Origin: Candidatus Pacearchaeota archaeon
GTDB lineage: Archaea; Nanobdellota; Nanobdellia; Pacearchaeales; GW2011-AR1
DNA: 64,000 nucleotides
Direction of reading: 5' to 3'
NCBI GenBank assembly: GCA_050124795.1
Contig: JASFEO010000003.1
Span: 1-64,000 of the forward strand
Shown here: piece by piece, positions 8,929 through 18,820 of the stretch
Layout: each line of letters starts with the position of its first letter
How positions within the stretch are numbered: the stretch's first letter is position 1
Translations under genes and position numbers: made by a program
Notes under the pieces: model-generated
What the model was told of the DNA's origin: nothing
Databases searched by the model: none
Seen by the model: only the letters and a program-made list of their open reading frames with translations

Positions 8929-9192
8929 ATGAGATTTGTTTTATATATAACAATATTTTCCTATACTCATTTATATCTTTTCTTTGTAGCATTATTCGGT
9001 TGGCCTTTTGGACTTTTATTTGGGATGTTAATACTTTATGGAGCAATAGAAGTTTTCCTGATAATCGTGACTATGTTTTTAGTTAGATGGCGGTATAAAA
9101 TTACCTTGATTAAATCATTTATAATTATTTTAATAACAACAGCAGTATCAATGTTTATAGTGAATATCATTAATCCACTTAAATACCTATAA
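8929..9192 (+). CDS. Hypothetical membrane protein (possibly a frameshifted continuation of the upstream ORF)
   Basis: Hydrophobic ORF. Confidence 0.45.
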   Translation: MRFVLYITIFSYTHLYLFFVALFGWPFGLLFGMLILYGAIEVFLIIVTMFLVRWRYKITLIKSFIIILITTAVSMFIVNIINPLKYL

Positions 9193-9197
9193 ATAAT

Positions 9198-9245
9198 TAG
9201 GGGGATTCTTTTTTTATCTAAGCCAAGTCCAATTATGGATAATAT
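9198..9245 (-). pseudogene. Relic of the dph5 5' end (ILSIIGLGLDKKRIPL vs MLYLIGLGLDKKGISL)
   Basis: 16-codon match to 8044-7997 with ATG changed to ATA; TATA at an equivalent position (9265-9273 vs 8065-8073). Confidence 0.8.
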
Positions 9246-9381
9246 AAAAAACTATATTCTCTGATTATTTAAATTAATTGCTTTGGGGATTAATGAGGAT
9301 TAGATTTTTCATAATTCTTCAGTTACTATTCAAAAGAAGTAAAAAAGAAACATTTAAATACTCCTGATACCTAAATAAATC

Positions 9382-9573
9382 ATGGAAAAAGTGATATACT
9401 TAGATGAAAAGAGAAAAGGAAAAGAGTTAGAACCTGCAATAGAAACCAAGAAAGAACCTCCTAAAAGAAATTTTTTCAGGGAAGGATTTTTTGATATTAT
9501 GAAGATATTGTTTAATTATACGCCTCGTAGCCAAGTAGAAGCAGATTTAGCATATAGAAGGGGGGATTATTAA
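9382..9573 (+). CDS. Hypothetical protein
   Basis: TATA-preceded ORF; promoter nearly identical to that of 52977. Confidence 0.6.
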   Translation: MEKVIYLDEKRKGKELEPAIETKKEPPKRNFFREGFFDIMKILFNYTPRSQVEADLAYRRGDY

Positions 9574-9582
9574 GATAATTAA

Positions 9583-10155
9583 TTATCTATTATCCAATTC
9601 ATTATTTACAACTGCAACAACCTGCGACGCAAAATACATTTTTGGACCAATTGAAATGGGTTTAGCAATTTGTTTTAATCTTTTTAATTCTTTTTTTGGA
9701 AGTCCTTCGTGGTCTCCTAAAATAAATGCACAATTTTTTTCTAATTTTATTTTTCTTAAATTCTCTCCTCGCTTATCTAAAATAAAAACTTCATTGTCCT
9801 CACTTAATTCATCTGCTAATTTAAGTAAACTTTTTTTCTCAACAAGGCAGCCAGAAAAAACTTCATGCTTTTCTCCTTCCCGAAATTTGTAAAGAATTTT
9901 CTTGATTAATTTTCCCAAGTCCCTTTTATTTATTGGGGTTCCTTCTTTAACTTGTATTTCAATATGTTTTGGAGGATCAGGCATTCCATAAAGAACTAAA
10001 TGAAAGACAACATCCCGCCTAAAATCGTGAGATAAAAAAATCCCTTGAATAAGTGAATGGATTGCAATATCAAGTCTTCCGGCTTTTGATAAATTCCCTA
10101 AGTCAAACCCTCCTGAAGTTGGTCCGTTTTTTGAAAAGTATATGAAATGGCGCAT
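9583..10155 (-). CDS. trmY: tRNA (pseudouridine54-N1)-methyltransferase, SPOUT family
   Basis: AGRLD, FLSHDFRRDV, FILGDHEGL and ISIGP. Confidence 0.9.
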   Translation of the reverse strand: MRHFIYFSKNGPTSGGFDLGNLSKAGRLDIAIHSLIQGIFLSHDFRRDVVFHLVLYGMPDPPKHIEIQVKEGTPINKRDLGKLIKKILYKFREGEKHEVFSGCLVEKKSLLKLADELSEDNEVFILDKRGENLRKIKLEKNCAFILGDHEGLPKKELKRLKQIAKPISIGPKMYFASQVVAVVNNELDNR

Positions 10156-10443
10156 GAAAAATATCTATATAGACAGGTTAATAAAATTATTCATTTCTCT
10201 TTAGATTCCCCTTTGGGTCTTACCCCGCAGCTCTGCTGCGATTGGGTTATTGATTAAATACTCCGTAATAAAAACATTTAATTCTTTTTCAGAAATATCT
10301 GTTTTTCTTAAAAAAGAAAATCTCATTTTTCGATGCAGTTGGTTATATATTCTCAATGGAAAAAGGATATTTGTTTGCAACAGGAGATAAAGAGTTTGAA
10401 AAATTTAGAGGTGTTGAGTTTAAGAAAAAATAAAAATCAAGTT

Positions 10444-11328
10444 TTATTCCTTAACTTCCTGCAAAACAAATTTAGCCTTTGCATAAACATGCTCTTCATA
10501 TTTTATTTCATAAATTCCAACAAACTTGTCTTCACAAAAAACAATTATTGTCTCACCTTTTTTTATCTTTTCTTTTTTTACTAAATCTTTTTCATGAATT
10601 GGTTTGCCTGTAAAAATTTGTTTTAAATTTTCTTTCTTAATTTTTATAGCTGGAAAAAGTTCTGAAATAATTTCTCCGGGGATTATTATTTTTCTTAATA
10701 ATTCTTCATTTCCGTTTTTGTATTCTTCACAAACTTTTTCAAAGTCATATAAATTTGCACTTGGGTAAGTTTTATCATCTTCTGTAAAAATTCCTGCGCG
10801 AATTCGACGAAGTTCCAACATGTGCGCTCCGATTCCAAGTTCCCGCCCTAAGTCATCAATTAATTTTCTAATGTAGGTTCCGCCTTGAACATTTGTTTTA
10901 AACAAAATATCCTTATCATTAATTTCCAAAATTTTAAATTCTTTAATTTCTCTTTCTCTTAATTCTCTTTTAACTCTTGACTTTAACGGTGGCAATTGTT
11001 TTATCTTGCCTGTAAATTTTTCCTTAATCTTTTTTTCAATTTCTTTTTTTGTTACATCCTTATGAATTCTCATAATCCCAATATATTCTTTGTCTTCACC
11101 TAAAAAATATCCAGTTAATTTACAAGCCCGATTTAATGCAATTGGCAGAACCCCTGTGACCTTTGGGTCAAGTGTTCCAAAATGCGAAGTCTTTCTTAAG
11201 TTCAAAGTTTTTCTTACAAAATCGGAAATATTGAAACTTGTTGGTCCGCTTGGCTTATTAATATTTATTATTCCAAATTCTAAAAGATCTTTAACTGATT
11301 TTTTTTGTTTTAGGGTTTTTAAATCCAT
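10444..11328 (-). CDS. cbf5: RNA-guided pseudouridine synthase Cbf5 (TruB family)
   Basis: KPSGPTS, HFGTLDPKVTGVLP, GTYIRKL, GAHMLELRR, PUA domain. Confidence 0.95.
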   Translation of the reverse strand: MDLKTLKQKKSVKDLLEFGIININKPSGPTSFNISDFVRKTLNLRKTSHFGTLDPKVTGVLPIALNRACKLTGYFLGEDKEYIGIMRIHKDVTKKEIEKKIKEKFTGKIKQLPPLKSRVKRELREREIKEFKILEINDKDILFKTNVQGGTYIRKLIDDLGRELGIGAHMLELRRIRAGIFTEDDKTYPSANLYDFEKVCEEYKNGNEELLRKIIIPGEIISELFPAIKIKKENLKQIFTGKPIHEKDLVKKEKIKKGETIIVFCEDKFVGIYEIKYEEHVYAKAKFVLQEVKE

Positions 11329-11378
11329 ATCATCTAGAATATAAATTGTTTTAAAGAAGTTTTGCTATATGAATAAAT

Positions 11379-11633
11379 ATGGAAAATAAACAACCTTACT
11401 TTGTTCAGATTGGGGGATGCACTAATTGTGATAATTTCCCAATTAAAGCAGACATGGACATGGTATTATGTAGTGTCAATGGATGCCGCGAATATGATGA
11501 TGTCTCAGCAAAGAACCCTTTTATTACAGAAGAGGGATTGGCAGGTCTTCTTGAAGCAGGAAAGATAACCCCACAACAAGCCGGAGCATATAGAGATTGG
11601 GTCAAGGAAAAAGGACTTAACAAATATCTGTAA
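11379..11633 (+). CDS. Hypothetical protein with CxxC...CxxxxC (possible Zn binding)
   Basis: ORF with TATA; four Cys. Confidence 0.6.
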   Translation: MENKQPYFVQIGGCTNCDNFPIKADMDMVLCSVNGCREYDDVSAKNPFITEEGLAGLLEAGKITPQQAGAYRDWVKEKGLNKYL

Positions 11634-11735
11634 GAAAACCTACTAAATTTTTTCTTATTTTTTTATTTTATCAATTAATACCTTACACTATTTTAATTAC
11701 ATAATCTTTATAAATTTTCATTAAGATTTTTTTTC

Positions 11736-13511
11736 ATGTGCGGCATTGTTGCTTATAAAAATAATAAGAGAGATGTGTTTTCAGTTCTTCTTGAATCATT
11801 GAAAAAGCTTGAATATCGAGGGTATGATAGTTTTGGATTTGCAACTAGTTTTGAAAATGAAATTTTAAGGGAGAAAAAAGTTGGAAAGGTGAGTGAGACA
11901 TTTTGCGAGCCTCTTAGAGGATTTGCAGGGATTGCTCATACTCGTTGGGCAACACATGGAAAAGTAACTGAGATAAACACACACCCGCATTTTAGTTGCA
12001 ATGGAAAACTCGCAGTTGTTCACAATGGAATAATTGAAAATTTTAATGAATTAAAAAAAAGTTTAATTGAGAAGGGTCACAGATTTTTAAGTGAAACTGA
12101 TACAGAGGTGATTGCGCATTTAATTGAGGAATTTTTAAGTTTAGGATTTAATCTAAAAGATGCTGTGATGAAAACAGGGAATTTGTTAAAGGGGAGAAAT
12201 GCTTTTGTTATTCTTGATTCGTTGTCGAAAATTGCGGGGTTTAGAAATGGCTCGCCCATGATTGTGGGGATAAAAAAGGAAAATGGTTTTTCAGAAATTT
12301 TTATTGCTTCAGACATCCAAGCATTTATTGACAAGACAAAAGACATCATGTATCTCGACGATAACCAGGTTGTTATGATTGAAAATAATCCAATCTTTTT
12401 TAATTCTTTAACAGGAGAAAAAATAGAAAAGAGGATTATAAATGTTGATGTTGATGTTAATATCGCGGAAAAAGGAGACTATGCTCATTTTATGTTAAAG
12501 GAAATCATGGAGCAAAAAGAAACTTTGCTTCGCGCAATAAGCCAGGATGATTTTGATTTAATGCATATTGCAAAAGAAATAAATAATTCAAAAGGGGTTT
12601 TCTTTATTGGGTGCGGCACAGCTGCGAGAGTATGCCATACTGCAGAATATATTTTTTCCAGCGTCGCTGACAAGCATGTTAATTATATCCCGGCGTCGGA
12701 ATTTGAAAATTATAAAAACTTTTTAGTTCCTGAAACTCTTGTGATTGCAATTTCACAAAGCGGGGAGACTGCAGATGTTTTAGACGCATTGAAAGTTGCA
12801 AAGGAGAGGGGTTCAAAGATAATTTCAATTACCAATGTGGAAAATTCGTCTGTTGCAAATTCATCAGATTATAATTTTTTAATTAATGCAGGTCCTGAAA
12901 AAGCAGTTGCTTCAACCAAGGCAACGACCTCGCAATTAGCAGTTGTTTTACTTTTAGCTTATGCAGCCTCGGGAATTTTAAGAGAAGGAGACAGAGTCTT
13001 AGTTGACCTGGCAGGAAAAGTTAATGATATGCTTAATCCTCGTTATAGTGAGCACATAAAAAAACTCGCAGAAAAAATTTATCAGACAAAAAACATTTTT
13101 ATTATCGGCAGGGGAATGAACTACCCAATGGCTTTGGAGTCTGCAATTAAAATTATGGAAGTGAGTTACATTCATGCGCAGGGTTTTGCAGGCGGGGAAT
13201 TAAAGCACGGGCCAATTGCATTAATTGAAGAAGGAACTCCCGTGATTGCATTAGTTGGAAATGATGAAACAAAGGAAGAAATTATTTCAAATGCAATCGA
13301 AGTAAAGTCGCGCGGAGCTTATGTAATCGGGGTTGCGCCGGAAAACAATCCTGCATTTGATTATTGGATAAAAACTCCTAAGGTTGAAAAAACAGTTTCC
13401 TCAATTGTTAATTTAATTCCAGTTCAGCTTTTAGCATATTATCTTGGAACACTCAAGGGTTATAATGTTGATTATCCCAGAAGTTTGGCAAAATCTGTTA
13501 CTGTGAAATAA
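11736..13511 (+). CDS. glmS: Glutamine--fructose-6-phosphate transaminase
   Basis: MCGI, LEYRGYDS, HTRWATHG, SQSGET and LAKSVTVK. Confidence 0.97.
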   Translation: MCGIVAYKNNKRDVFSVLLESLKKLEYRGYDSFGFATSFENEILREKKVGKVSETFCEPLRGFAGIAHTRWATHGKVTEINTHPHFSCNGKLAVVHNGIIENFNELKKSLIEKGHRFLSETDTEVIAHLIEEFLSLGFNLKDAVMKTGNLLKGRNAFVILDSLSKIAGFRNGSPMIVGIKKENGFSEIFIASDIQAFIDKTKDIMYLDDNQVVMIENNPIFFNSLTGEKIEKRIINVDVDVNIAEKGDYAHFMLKEIMEQKETLLRAISQDDFDLMHIAKEINNSKGVFFIGCGTAARVCHTAEYIFSSVADKHVNYIPASEFENYKNFLVPETLVIAISQSGETADVLDALKVAKERGSKIISITNVENSSVANSSDYNFLINAGPEKAVASTKATTSQLAVVLLLAYAASGILREGDRVLVDLAGKVNDMLNPRYSEHIKKLAEKIYQTKNIFIIGRGMNYPMALESAIKIMEVSYIHAQGFAGGELKHGPIALIEEGTPVIALVGNDETKEEIISNAIEVKSRGAYVIGVAPENNPAFDYWIKTPKVEKTVSSIVNLIPVQLLAYYLGTLKGYNVDYPRSLAKSVTVK

Positions 13512-14013
13512 AATCACTCAATTTCAACAAAGAATTTAATTTTATATTGTGAGGATTTTCTTCTCTGTCTATAACAACAAGGGCGCCCAAAATTTTTGCA
13601 GGAGTTTGTTTTAATGAATCCAGTGTTTTATTAATACTTGTGCCTGAAGCAAAAATATCATCGATGATCAAAATTCTATCATCTTCTTTTGGATTGTACC
13701 CAACAATTAAATTTTCTATTCCATGGTCTTTAGATTTTTCTCTAACTAAACATAATTTTAAATTTAAATTATTTGCTACTAAAGTTGCAATTGAAATTCC
13801 TCCATAACCGGATGCTGCAATTACATTTGGTTTTTCTTTCAAATTATTTATTTTCTCACACAACAATTCAGAAATCATTTTGAGAATTTCAGGCTCACCA
13901 TAAGCTTTTCTTAAATCAATGTAAAAGTCTGAAACTCTGCCACTTTTTAAAATGAATTTTCCTTTCTTTATTATGCCAAGTTCTTTTAATTTTTTTATTA
14001 ATTGTTGTTTCAT
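13498..14013 (-). CDS. pyrE: Orotate phosphoribosyltransferase
   Basis: FILKSGRVSDFYID and LIIDDIFASGTS PRPP motif. Confidence 0.88.
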   Translation of the reverse strand: MKQQLIKKLKELGIIKKGKFILKSGRVSDFYIDLRKAYGEPEILKMISELLCEKINNLKEKPNVIAASGYGGISIATLVANNLNLKLCLVREKSKDHGIENLIVGYNPKEDDRILIIDDIFASGTSINKTLDSLKQTPAKILGALVVIDREENPHNIKLNSLLKLSDFISQ

Positions 14014-14014
14014 T

Positions 14015-14407
14015 TTATTTTAACATACTGGAATGCATCCCCCCTGCGAATTCTTTTGATTTAATAAAATTTATTTTCTCAGGTTCTTGTTTTAGTATTG
14101 GAATAAATTCAGAGTTTTGATCATATCCAAGGACAATTATATCTGGATTAAAATCTTTTATCATTAGAATATTTTTATTTTTATCATTTGATACTTTAAT
14201 TATCTTATCTGCTATTTTTAATTCTTCTAAATTTTTTGCTCTTGTTTCCTGAGAATTTTTTGGAAATCTTTTTTTATTTTCATAAACTAAATCATCATGA
14301 ATAACTATCACTGCCAAATAATCTCCATATGACTTCGCATCTAATAAAAACTCTTTATGTCCTTCATGCAAAAGATCAAATGTTCCAAAGCATAAAATTT
14401 TTTTCAT
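14015..14407 (-). CDS. Cytidylyltransferase family protein (FAD synthase RibL-like)
   Basis: FGTFDLLHEGH and PDIIVLGYDQ. Confidence 0.85.
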   Translation of the reverse strand: MKKILCFGTFDLLHEGHKEFLLDAKSYGDYLAVIVIHDDLVYENKKRFPKNSQETRAKNLEELKIADKIIKVSNDKNKNILMIKDFNPDIIVLGYDQNSEFIPILKQEPEKINFIKSKEFAGGMHSSMLK

Positions 14408-15117
14408 CTAAACTCCCCTCGCAAAAACCTCTTCCTTTTATCCTCAGGAAATTTCTCAATTGCATATCTCAAAGTTGTCCTAGGTAAACCTGAATAATTC
14501 TTTTTTAAAAATTCTTCTAAAATTTTTTCATTTCTTTTTCCAACTTCTCTTAACATCCAGCCAACTGCCTTGTGAATCAAGTCATGCGAGTCATCTAATA
14601 AAATTTCAGAAATTGCCAAAGTATCGTCAAACTTATTTTCCCTGATAAAGGCATAAGTTGAAACAATTGAAATTCTTTTTTCCCATAGGTTTTTTGATTG
14701 CGCAAGTTTGTAAAGAATTTCTTTTTTTGAATAATCCTCTAATAAAAATCTTCCAACAATATGCCACGCTGAAATATCAACCAAATCCCAGTTATTTATC
14801 TTTGTTGTGTTATTTAAATAAAAATAAAAAATCTTTTTTTTCTCATCCATATCTTTTGCTTTGTTGTATTGGTGAACAAGAATTCTTAATGCACAAGTTC
14901 GCTCTGTATGAATTTTGCTTTTTAATAATTCCTGAATATCATTTAATTTTAAATCATGAAACTTCTTTGCAACATTTCTAATTTGCTGTGAACTTAATCC
15001 AAGAAAGATATCTCCTTCGCCATATTCTCCTTTACCTGTTTTAAAAAACCTCTGCAAAATTTCTGCCTGTTCTCTGTTAGCCAAACTTCTTAATTCTTTT
15101 TTTAATTTCATTAACAT
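14404..15117 (-). CDS. DNA alkylation repair protein (AlkD-like)
   Basis: RFFKTGKGEYGEGD, INNWDLVD and HKAVGWMLRE. Confidence 0.9.
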   Translation of the reverse strand: MLMKLKKELRSLANREQAEILQRFFKTGKGEYGEGDIFLGLSSQQIRNVAKKFHDLKLNDIQELLKSKIHTERTCALRILVHQYNKAKDMDEKKKIFYFYLNNTTKINNWDLVDISAWHIVGRFLLEDYSKKEILYKLAQSKNLWEKRISIVSTYAFIRENKFDDTLAISEILLDDSHDLIHKAVGWMLREVGKRNEKILEEFLKKNYSGLPRTTLRYAIEKFPEDKRKRFLRGEFR

Positions 15118-15223
15118 AAAATAACTAAAAGAAAAACTTTATAAAAACATTTCTCATAAATTTTTTATGACTTTGTTTGATCACATACCAAAAATGTAAT
15201 TAAACTAATCGTGAGTTTCTAAA

Positions 15224-16168
15224 ATGGAATTTGTTAAGGATTTTAAGTGGAGTGAAAATATGTCTGTGTCTGAATGTGTCGACGCATTTGGGAATTTAGG
15301 TTATCAGGCACTTGAGCTTAATGAAGCTGAGAAAGTTGTTTTGAAGATGAAAAAAAATGGCGCTAAAATTTTTCTTACATTTACTTCAAACATGGTCACT
15401 TCTGGCTTAAGAGGTTTTTTTGCGCAGCTTTGCAAATTAAAACTGCCAAATATTTTGGTTACAACTTCAGGAAGTATTGAAGAAGATATTATGAAAGCAA
15501 TTGGCGAGGATTTTGAAGTTTCAAGTTTTAATGCAGATGATGTCGAAATGCATGAGAAGGGAGAAAACAGAATTGGAAATTTGGCAATTAGAAGTGAAAG
15601 TTATATGAAGTTTGAAGATTTAATGAGAGAATATTTAGAAAAAGTATATGAGAAGAAAAAAAGAATTTCTGTTTCAGAATTATTATATGAAATTGGGCTA
15701 ATGTTAAAAGATGAAAATTCAATTCTTTATCAGGCTGCGAAAAACAACATTCCGATTTATTGCCCTGGAATTGCTGACTCAAGTTTTGGTTTTCAGTTAT
15801 TTATGTTTCAGCAAAATCACAGTGACTTTGTCGTCGATACAATTCTTGACATGCAGAGAGTTGTGACTGATTTAAGTTTTGATGAAAAAAAGGGTCTGAT
15901 TTCTTTGGGGGGTAGCACTTCAAAACATTATGCAGTTTTTTCTGCGCTTTTATCAGGGGGTTTTGATTATGCAGTTTACATGACAACTTCGCACGCATCC
16001 TCAGGAAGTTTTTCAGGCGCAACAACTCAGGAAGCAAAATCATGGGGAAAAATAAAAGATGATGCAGAAGCAGCAACAGTAAACGGGGATGTGACAATTA
16101 CTTTTCCTTTAATGATGTGCAGTGTTTTGGATAAGTTAAATGAGGAAGGGATTTTGGAAGATGAATAA
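15224..16168 (+). CDS. dhs: Deoxyhypusine synthase family protein
   Basis: FTSNMVTSGLR, EEDIMK, SGA...EAKSWGKI active-site Lys. Confidence 0.93.
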   Translation: MEFVKDFKWSENMSVSECVDAFGNLGYQALELNEAEKVVLKMKKNGAKIFLTFTSNMVTSGLRGFFAQLCKLKLPNILVTTSGSIEEDIMKAIGEDFEVSSFNADDVEMHEKGENRIGNLAIRSESYMKFEDLMREYLEKVYEKKKRISVSELLYEIGLMLKDENSILYQAAKNNIPIYCPGIADSSFGFQLFMFQQNHSDFVVDTILDMQRVVTDLSFDEKKGLISLGGSTSKHYAVFSALLSGGFDYAVYMTTSHASSGSFSGATTQEAKSWGKIKDDAEAATVNGDVTITFPLMMCSVLDKLNEEGILEDE

Positions 16169-16751
16169 AGGAATTATAATTACTTGCCCAGGAAAAGGAA
16201 TCTACCAGGGACTGTCTGAAAGAAAAATTGCAGAGGTTTATACTAAAATGGCGTCAGATGATTTTGATAAGTTTGTTGGGTTCAGCGAGTCTTATGCAAA
16301 TTCAGAAGCAACAGAAAATCCGGATTTGGAAAGAGAAATACATGAAAAAGAAGGGAGAAAAATAATTTTAGGAACTTTTGCAAGACAGCCTTTGTTAAAT
16401 GTCGGGGATGTTGATGCAAGAGGTTTTATTTCTTCAAGTTATATTTTTAACCCATCTTATAATTCCAAAAATTTATGGCTGCCTGATTTAGAAGTTGTTT
16501 CGTTTAGAGGAGAAAATAAAAATAAATTAAGAGATATTCTTTATAATATGGTGGAATTTTATTCTGGATACAATTGGAATACAATTATTTGTAATGATTT
16601 TAAAAATAAAGAAAAATTTGGATTTCAGATTCAGAATAAAAATAGAGGATTTGCCCACGCCAGAGCTCCAAAGTTAGAAGCTATTGCAAAGAGAGCAGAG
16701 AGTATAGGATATGATTTAGAAAAACTTTTTTTTACTCAAGATAAATCTTAA
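16161..16751 (+). CDS. Hypothetical protein
   Basis: ORF coupled between dhs and the decarboxylase. Confidence 0.65.
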   Translation: MNKGIIITCPGKGIYQGLSERKIAEVYTKMASDDFDKFVGFSESYANSEATENPDLEREIHEKEGRKIILGTFARQPLLNVGDVDARGFISSSYIFNPSYNSKNLWLPDLEVVSFRGENKNKLRDILYNMVEFYSGYNWNTIICNDFKNKEKFGFQIQNKNRGFAHARAPKLEAIAKRAESIGYDLEKLFFTQDKS

Positions 16752-16752
16752 A

Positions 16753-17796
16753 ATGACACAACCTAAATTCATCCTATCAAAAAGTAAATTAATTTCTCAA
16801 GTAAAAAAATTAAAAGATTTAGATTTAGAAATTTCTTATTCATATAAAACAAATAAAGAGGTTGGAAAAGTTTTGCAGGATTTAAGTGATGTGGATTTTT
16901 CAATTCATGCTAGAGAAGAGTTTGAGGATATTAAGGATAAGAAAAAGATTTGGTTTTTTACTCAGGCCCAAAGTAGAATTGAGTTTTCTGAGATTTTAGA
17001 TATTGGGATTAAAAATTTTGTAATTGATAATGAAATTGATTTGGAAAACTTATTAAAAGTTTGTGAGGAGAAGAGAGTTAAAATTAATCTTTCTTTAAGA
17101 ATGAAATTTCGTGAACATAGAATTGGAACAGGTAAATATTTTGTTTATGGAATGAATTCAAAAAGAGTAAATGAAATAATTTTAAGAATTAAGGATAATA
17201 AATTTATTGAAAAACTTGGAGTTCACATTCACAGAAAAAGCCAGAATACAAGTGAATGGGAAATTAAAAGGGAGATAATTGATTCTTTAAATAAAGAAAG
17301 TTTAGAAGAAATTGATTTTTTAAATTTAGGCGGGGGCCTTCCAACTAAATATAAAAGTTATAATTTAAAGGCAATGGATTATATATTTGAAAAAATAAAA
17401 GAAACAAGAGATTTTTTAAAAGAAAATAATATTGAAACTTTTATTGAGCCTGGAAGATTTTTTGCCTCTCCCTCAATAAAACTTGTTACAGAAATTATTC
17501 AGATTCAGGAAAAAAATATTATAATTAATACAACAATTTATAATTGTGCTCTTGATACACTTTTGACTGGAACTAAGATGCTTGTTGAAGGAGAATTAGA
17601 GGATAATAAAGAGGGAGAATATTTTTTAATTAAAGGAAATTCTCCGACAAGAGATGATATATTTCGTTATAAGGTTAGGTTAAAGAATCCTAAGATTGGA
17701 GATAAAATTATTTTTTTAAATGCAGGAGCATATAATTATACAACTGATTTTTTTGGGTATAGGAAAATAAAAATTTTCCTTCAAGAAAGTTTTTAG
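16753..17796 (+). CDS. PLP-dependent Orn/Lys/Arg/DAP decarboxylase family 2
   Basis: SYSYKTN (PLP Lys), NLGGGLP, IEPGR and AGAY. Confidence 0.88.
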   Translation: MTQPKFILSKSKLISQVKKLKDLDLEISYSYKTNKEVGKVLQDLSDVDFSIHAREEFEDIKDKKKIWFFTQAQSRIEFSEILDIGIKNFVIDNEIDLENLLKVCEEKRVKINLSLRMKFREHRIGTGKYFVYGMNSKRVNEIILRIKDNKFIEKLGVHIHRKSQNTSEWEIKREIIDSLNKESLEEIDFLNLGGGLPTKYKSYNLKAMDYIFEKIKETRDFLKENNIETFIEPGRFFASPSIKLVTEIIQIQEKNIIINTTIYNCALDTLLTGTKMLVEGELEDNKEGEYFLIKGNSPTRDDIFRYKVRLKNPKIGDKIIFLNAGAYNYTTDFFGYRKIKIFLQESF

Positions 17797-17835
17797 GGAT
17801 GTGCGGAATAATTAAAAAACTCCTTCAGAATCATA

Positions 17836-18609
17836 TTATCTCGCAAGCGCCTTCCTTTGAGGAGCAGTTTTGCCTTTTGCTTTGCCTCCGCTCTCGTGCT
17901 TCATTTGTTTCGCAGCCTGCTTTTCAATTTTCTTTCCCTCTTCTTTAACTGCCTTCTTTTTTTCCTCAGCTTCTTTTGCTTCTTCACGAGTTTCCTTTTT
18001 TTCAGTTTTAGCTTCTTTTGCTTTTTGCATTAAACCTTTTTTCTTTCCTGCAGATTCAACTGCTTTTTGCTCACGCTTTAATTCTCTTCCTCTTCTTAAA
18101 CTAATTTTCTTTGGAACATCAACAAGTTCAACACGAACAACTTCACCGTCCATAAAAGCTTTCACCTTAACTTTATGCGGGGGATTCTTAATTCCTCTGT
18201 GCCAAATAAATTCATTAATTGATTTTTCAAGTTTGATTTTTTTCAGGTCTTTATCATAAATTTTCATATGGCGAACTAAAAATTCTTTTATTGTCTTGAT
18301 TGCTTTAGGTGATTTTTTATATCGTGGAGCAGGACGAACTTTATCACGAATTGGAATTGTAAATTCCTTATATTCTTTAGGAGTCTCGGTTGCTTTTTTA
18401 ATTTTGTCTGTAGAAATTTTTTCTTTAATCTCTTTTTCAACTTCTTTTAACTTTTCTTTAGTTTCTTTTTTCTCTTCAACTTTTTCTTCAACTTTTGGTT
18501 CTTTGATTTCCTTATTTTCTTTTGGAGTTTCAACTTCTTTTCTTTCTATTTCTTTTTCCATTTTCTTTTCTTCTTTTTTTTGATTAGTCATTTGTTTTTC
18601 TTGCGGCAT
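17836..18609 (-). CDS. rpl31e: 50S ribosomal protein L31e with long K/E-rich extensions
   Basis: FTIPIR...KAIKTIKEFLVRHM...INEFIWHRGIKNPP core. Confidence 0.9.
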   Translation of the reverse strand: MPQEKQMTNQKKEEKKMEKEIERKEVETPKENKEIKEPKVEEKVEEKKETKEKLKEVEKEIKEKISTDKIKKATETPKEYKEFTIPIRDKVRPAPRYKKSPKAIKTIKEFLVRHMKIYDKDLKKIKLEKSINEFIWHRGIKNPPHKVKVKAFMDGEVVRVELVDVPKKISLRRGRELKREQKAVESAGKKKGLMQKAKEAKTEKKETREEAKEAEEKKKAVKEEGKKIEKQAAKQMKHESGGKAKGKTAPQRKALAR

Positions 18610-18616
18610 ATTCTAA

Positions 18617-18820
18617 TTATCCAAAGTGTGATTTTTTTTGCTTGCGCGGTTTCACATGCAATTTAGTTCTTTTCCATGAACGCCTGTGTTTTGTCATGCT
18701 CGACGGATGAATTCTTTTCCCCATTCCATATTTTTTCAAAACAGCCCAAACCGGCGCCCACTTAGTTTGCCTTGCTTTTTTTGCAAGAGTTGCTTTTTTT
18801 TGTTGATTTTTAATTCCCAT
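18617..18820 (-). CDS. rpl39e: 50S ribosomal protein L39e
   Basis: LAKKARQ..APVWAV..RRSWKRTKL; adjacent to rpl31e. Confidence 0.85.
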   Translation of the reverse strand: MGIKNQQKKATLAKKARQTKWAPVWAVLKKYGMGKRIHPSSMTKHRRSWKRTKLHVKPRKQKKSHFG

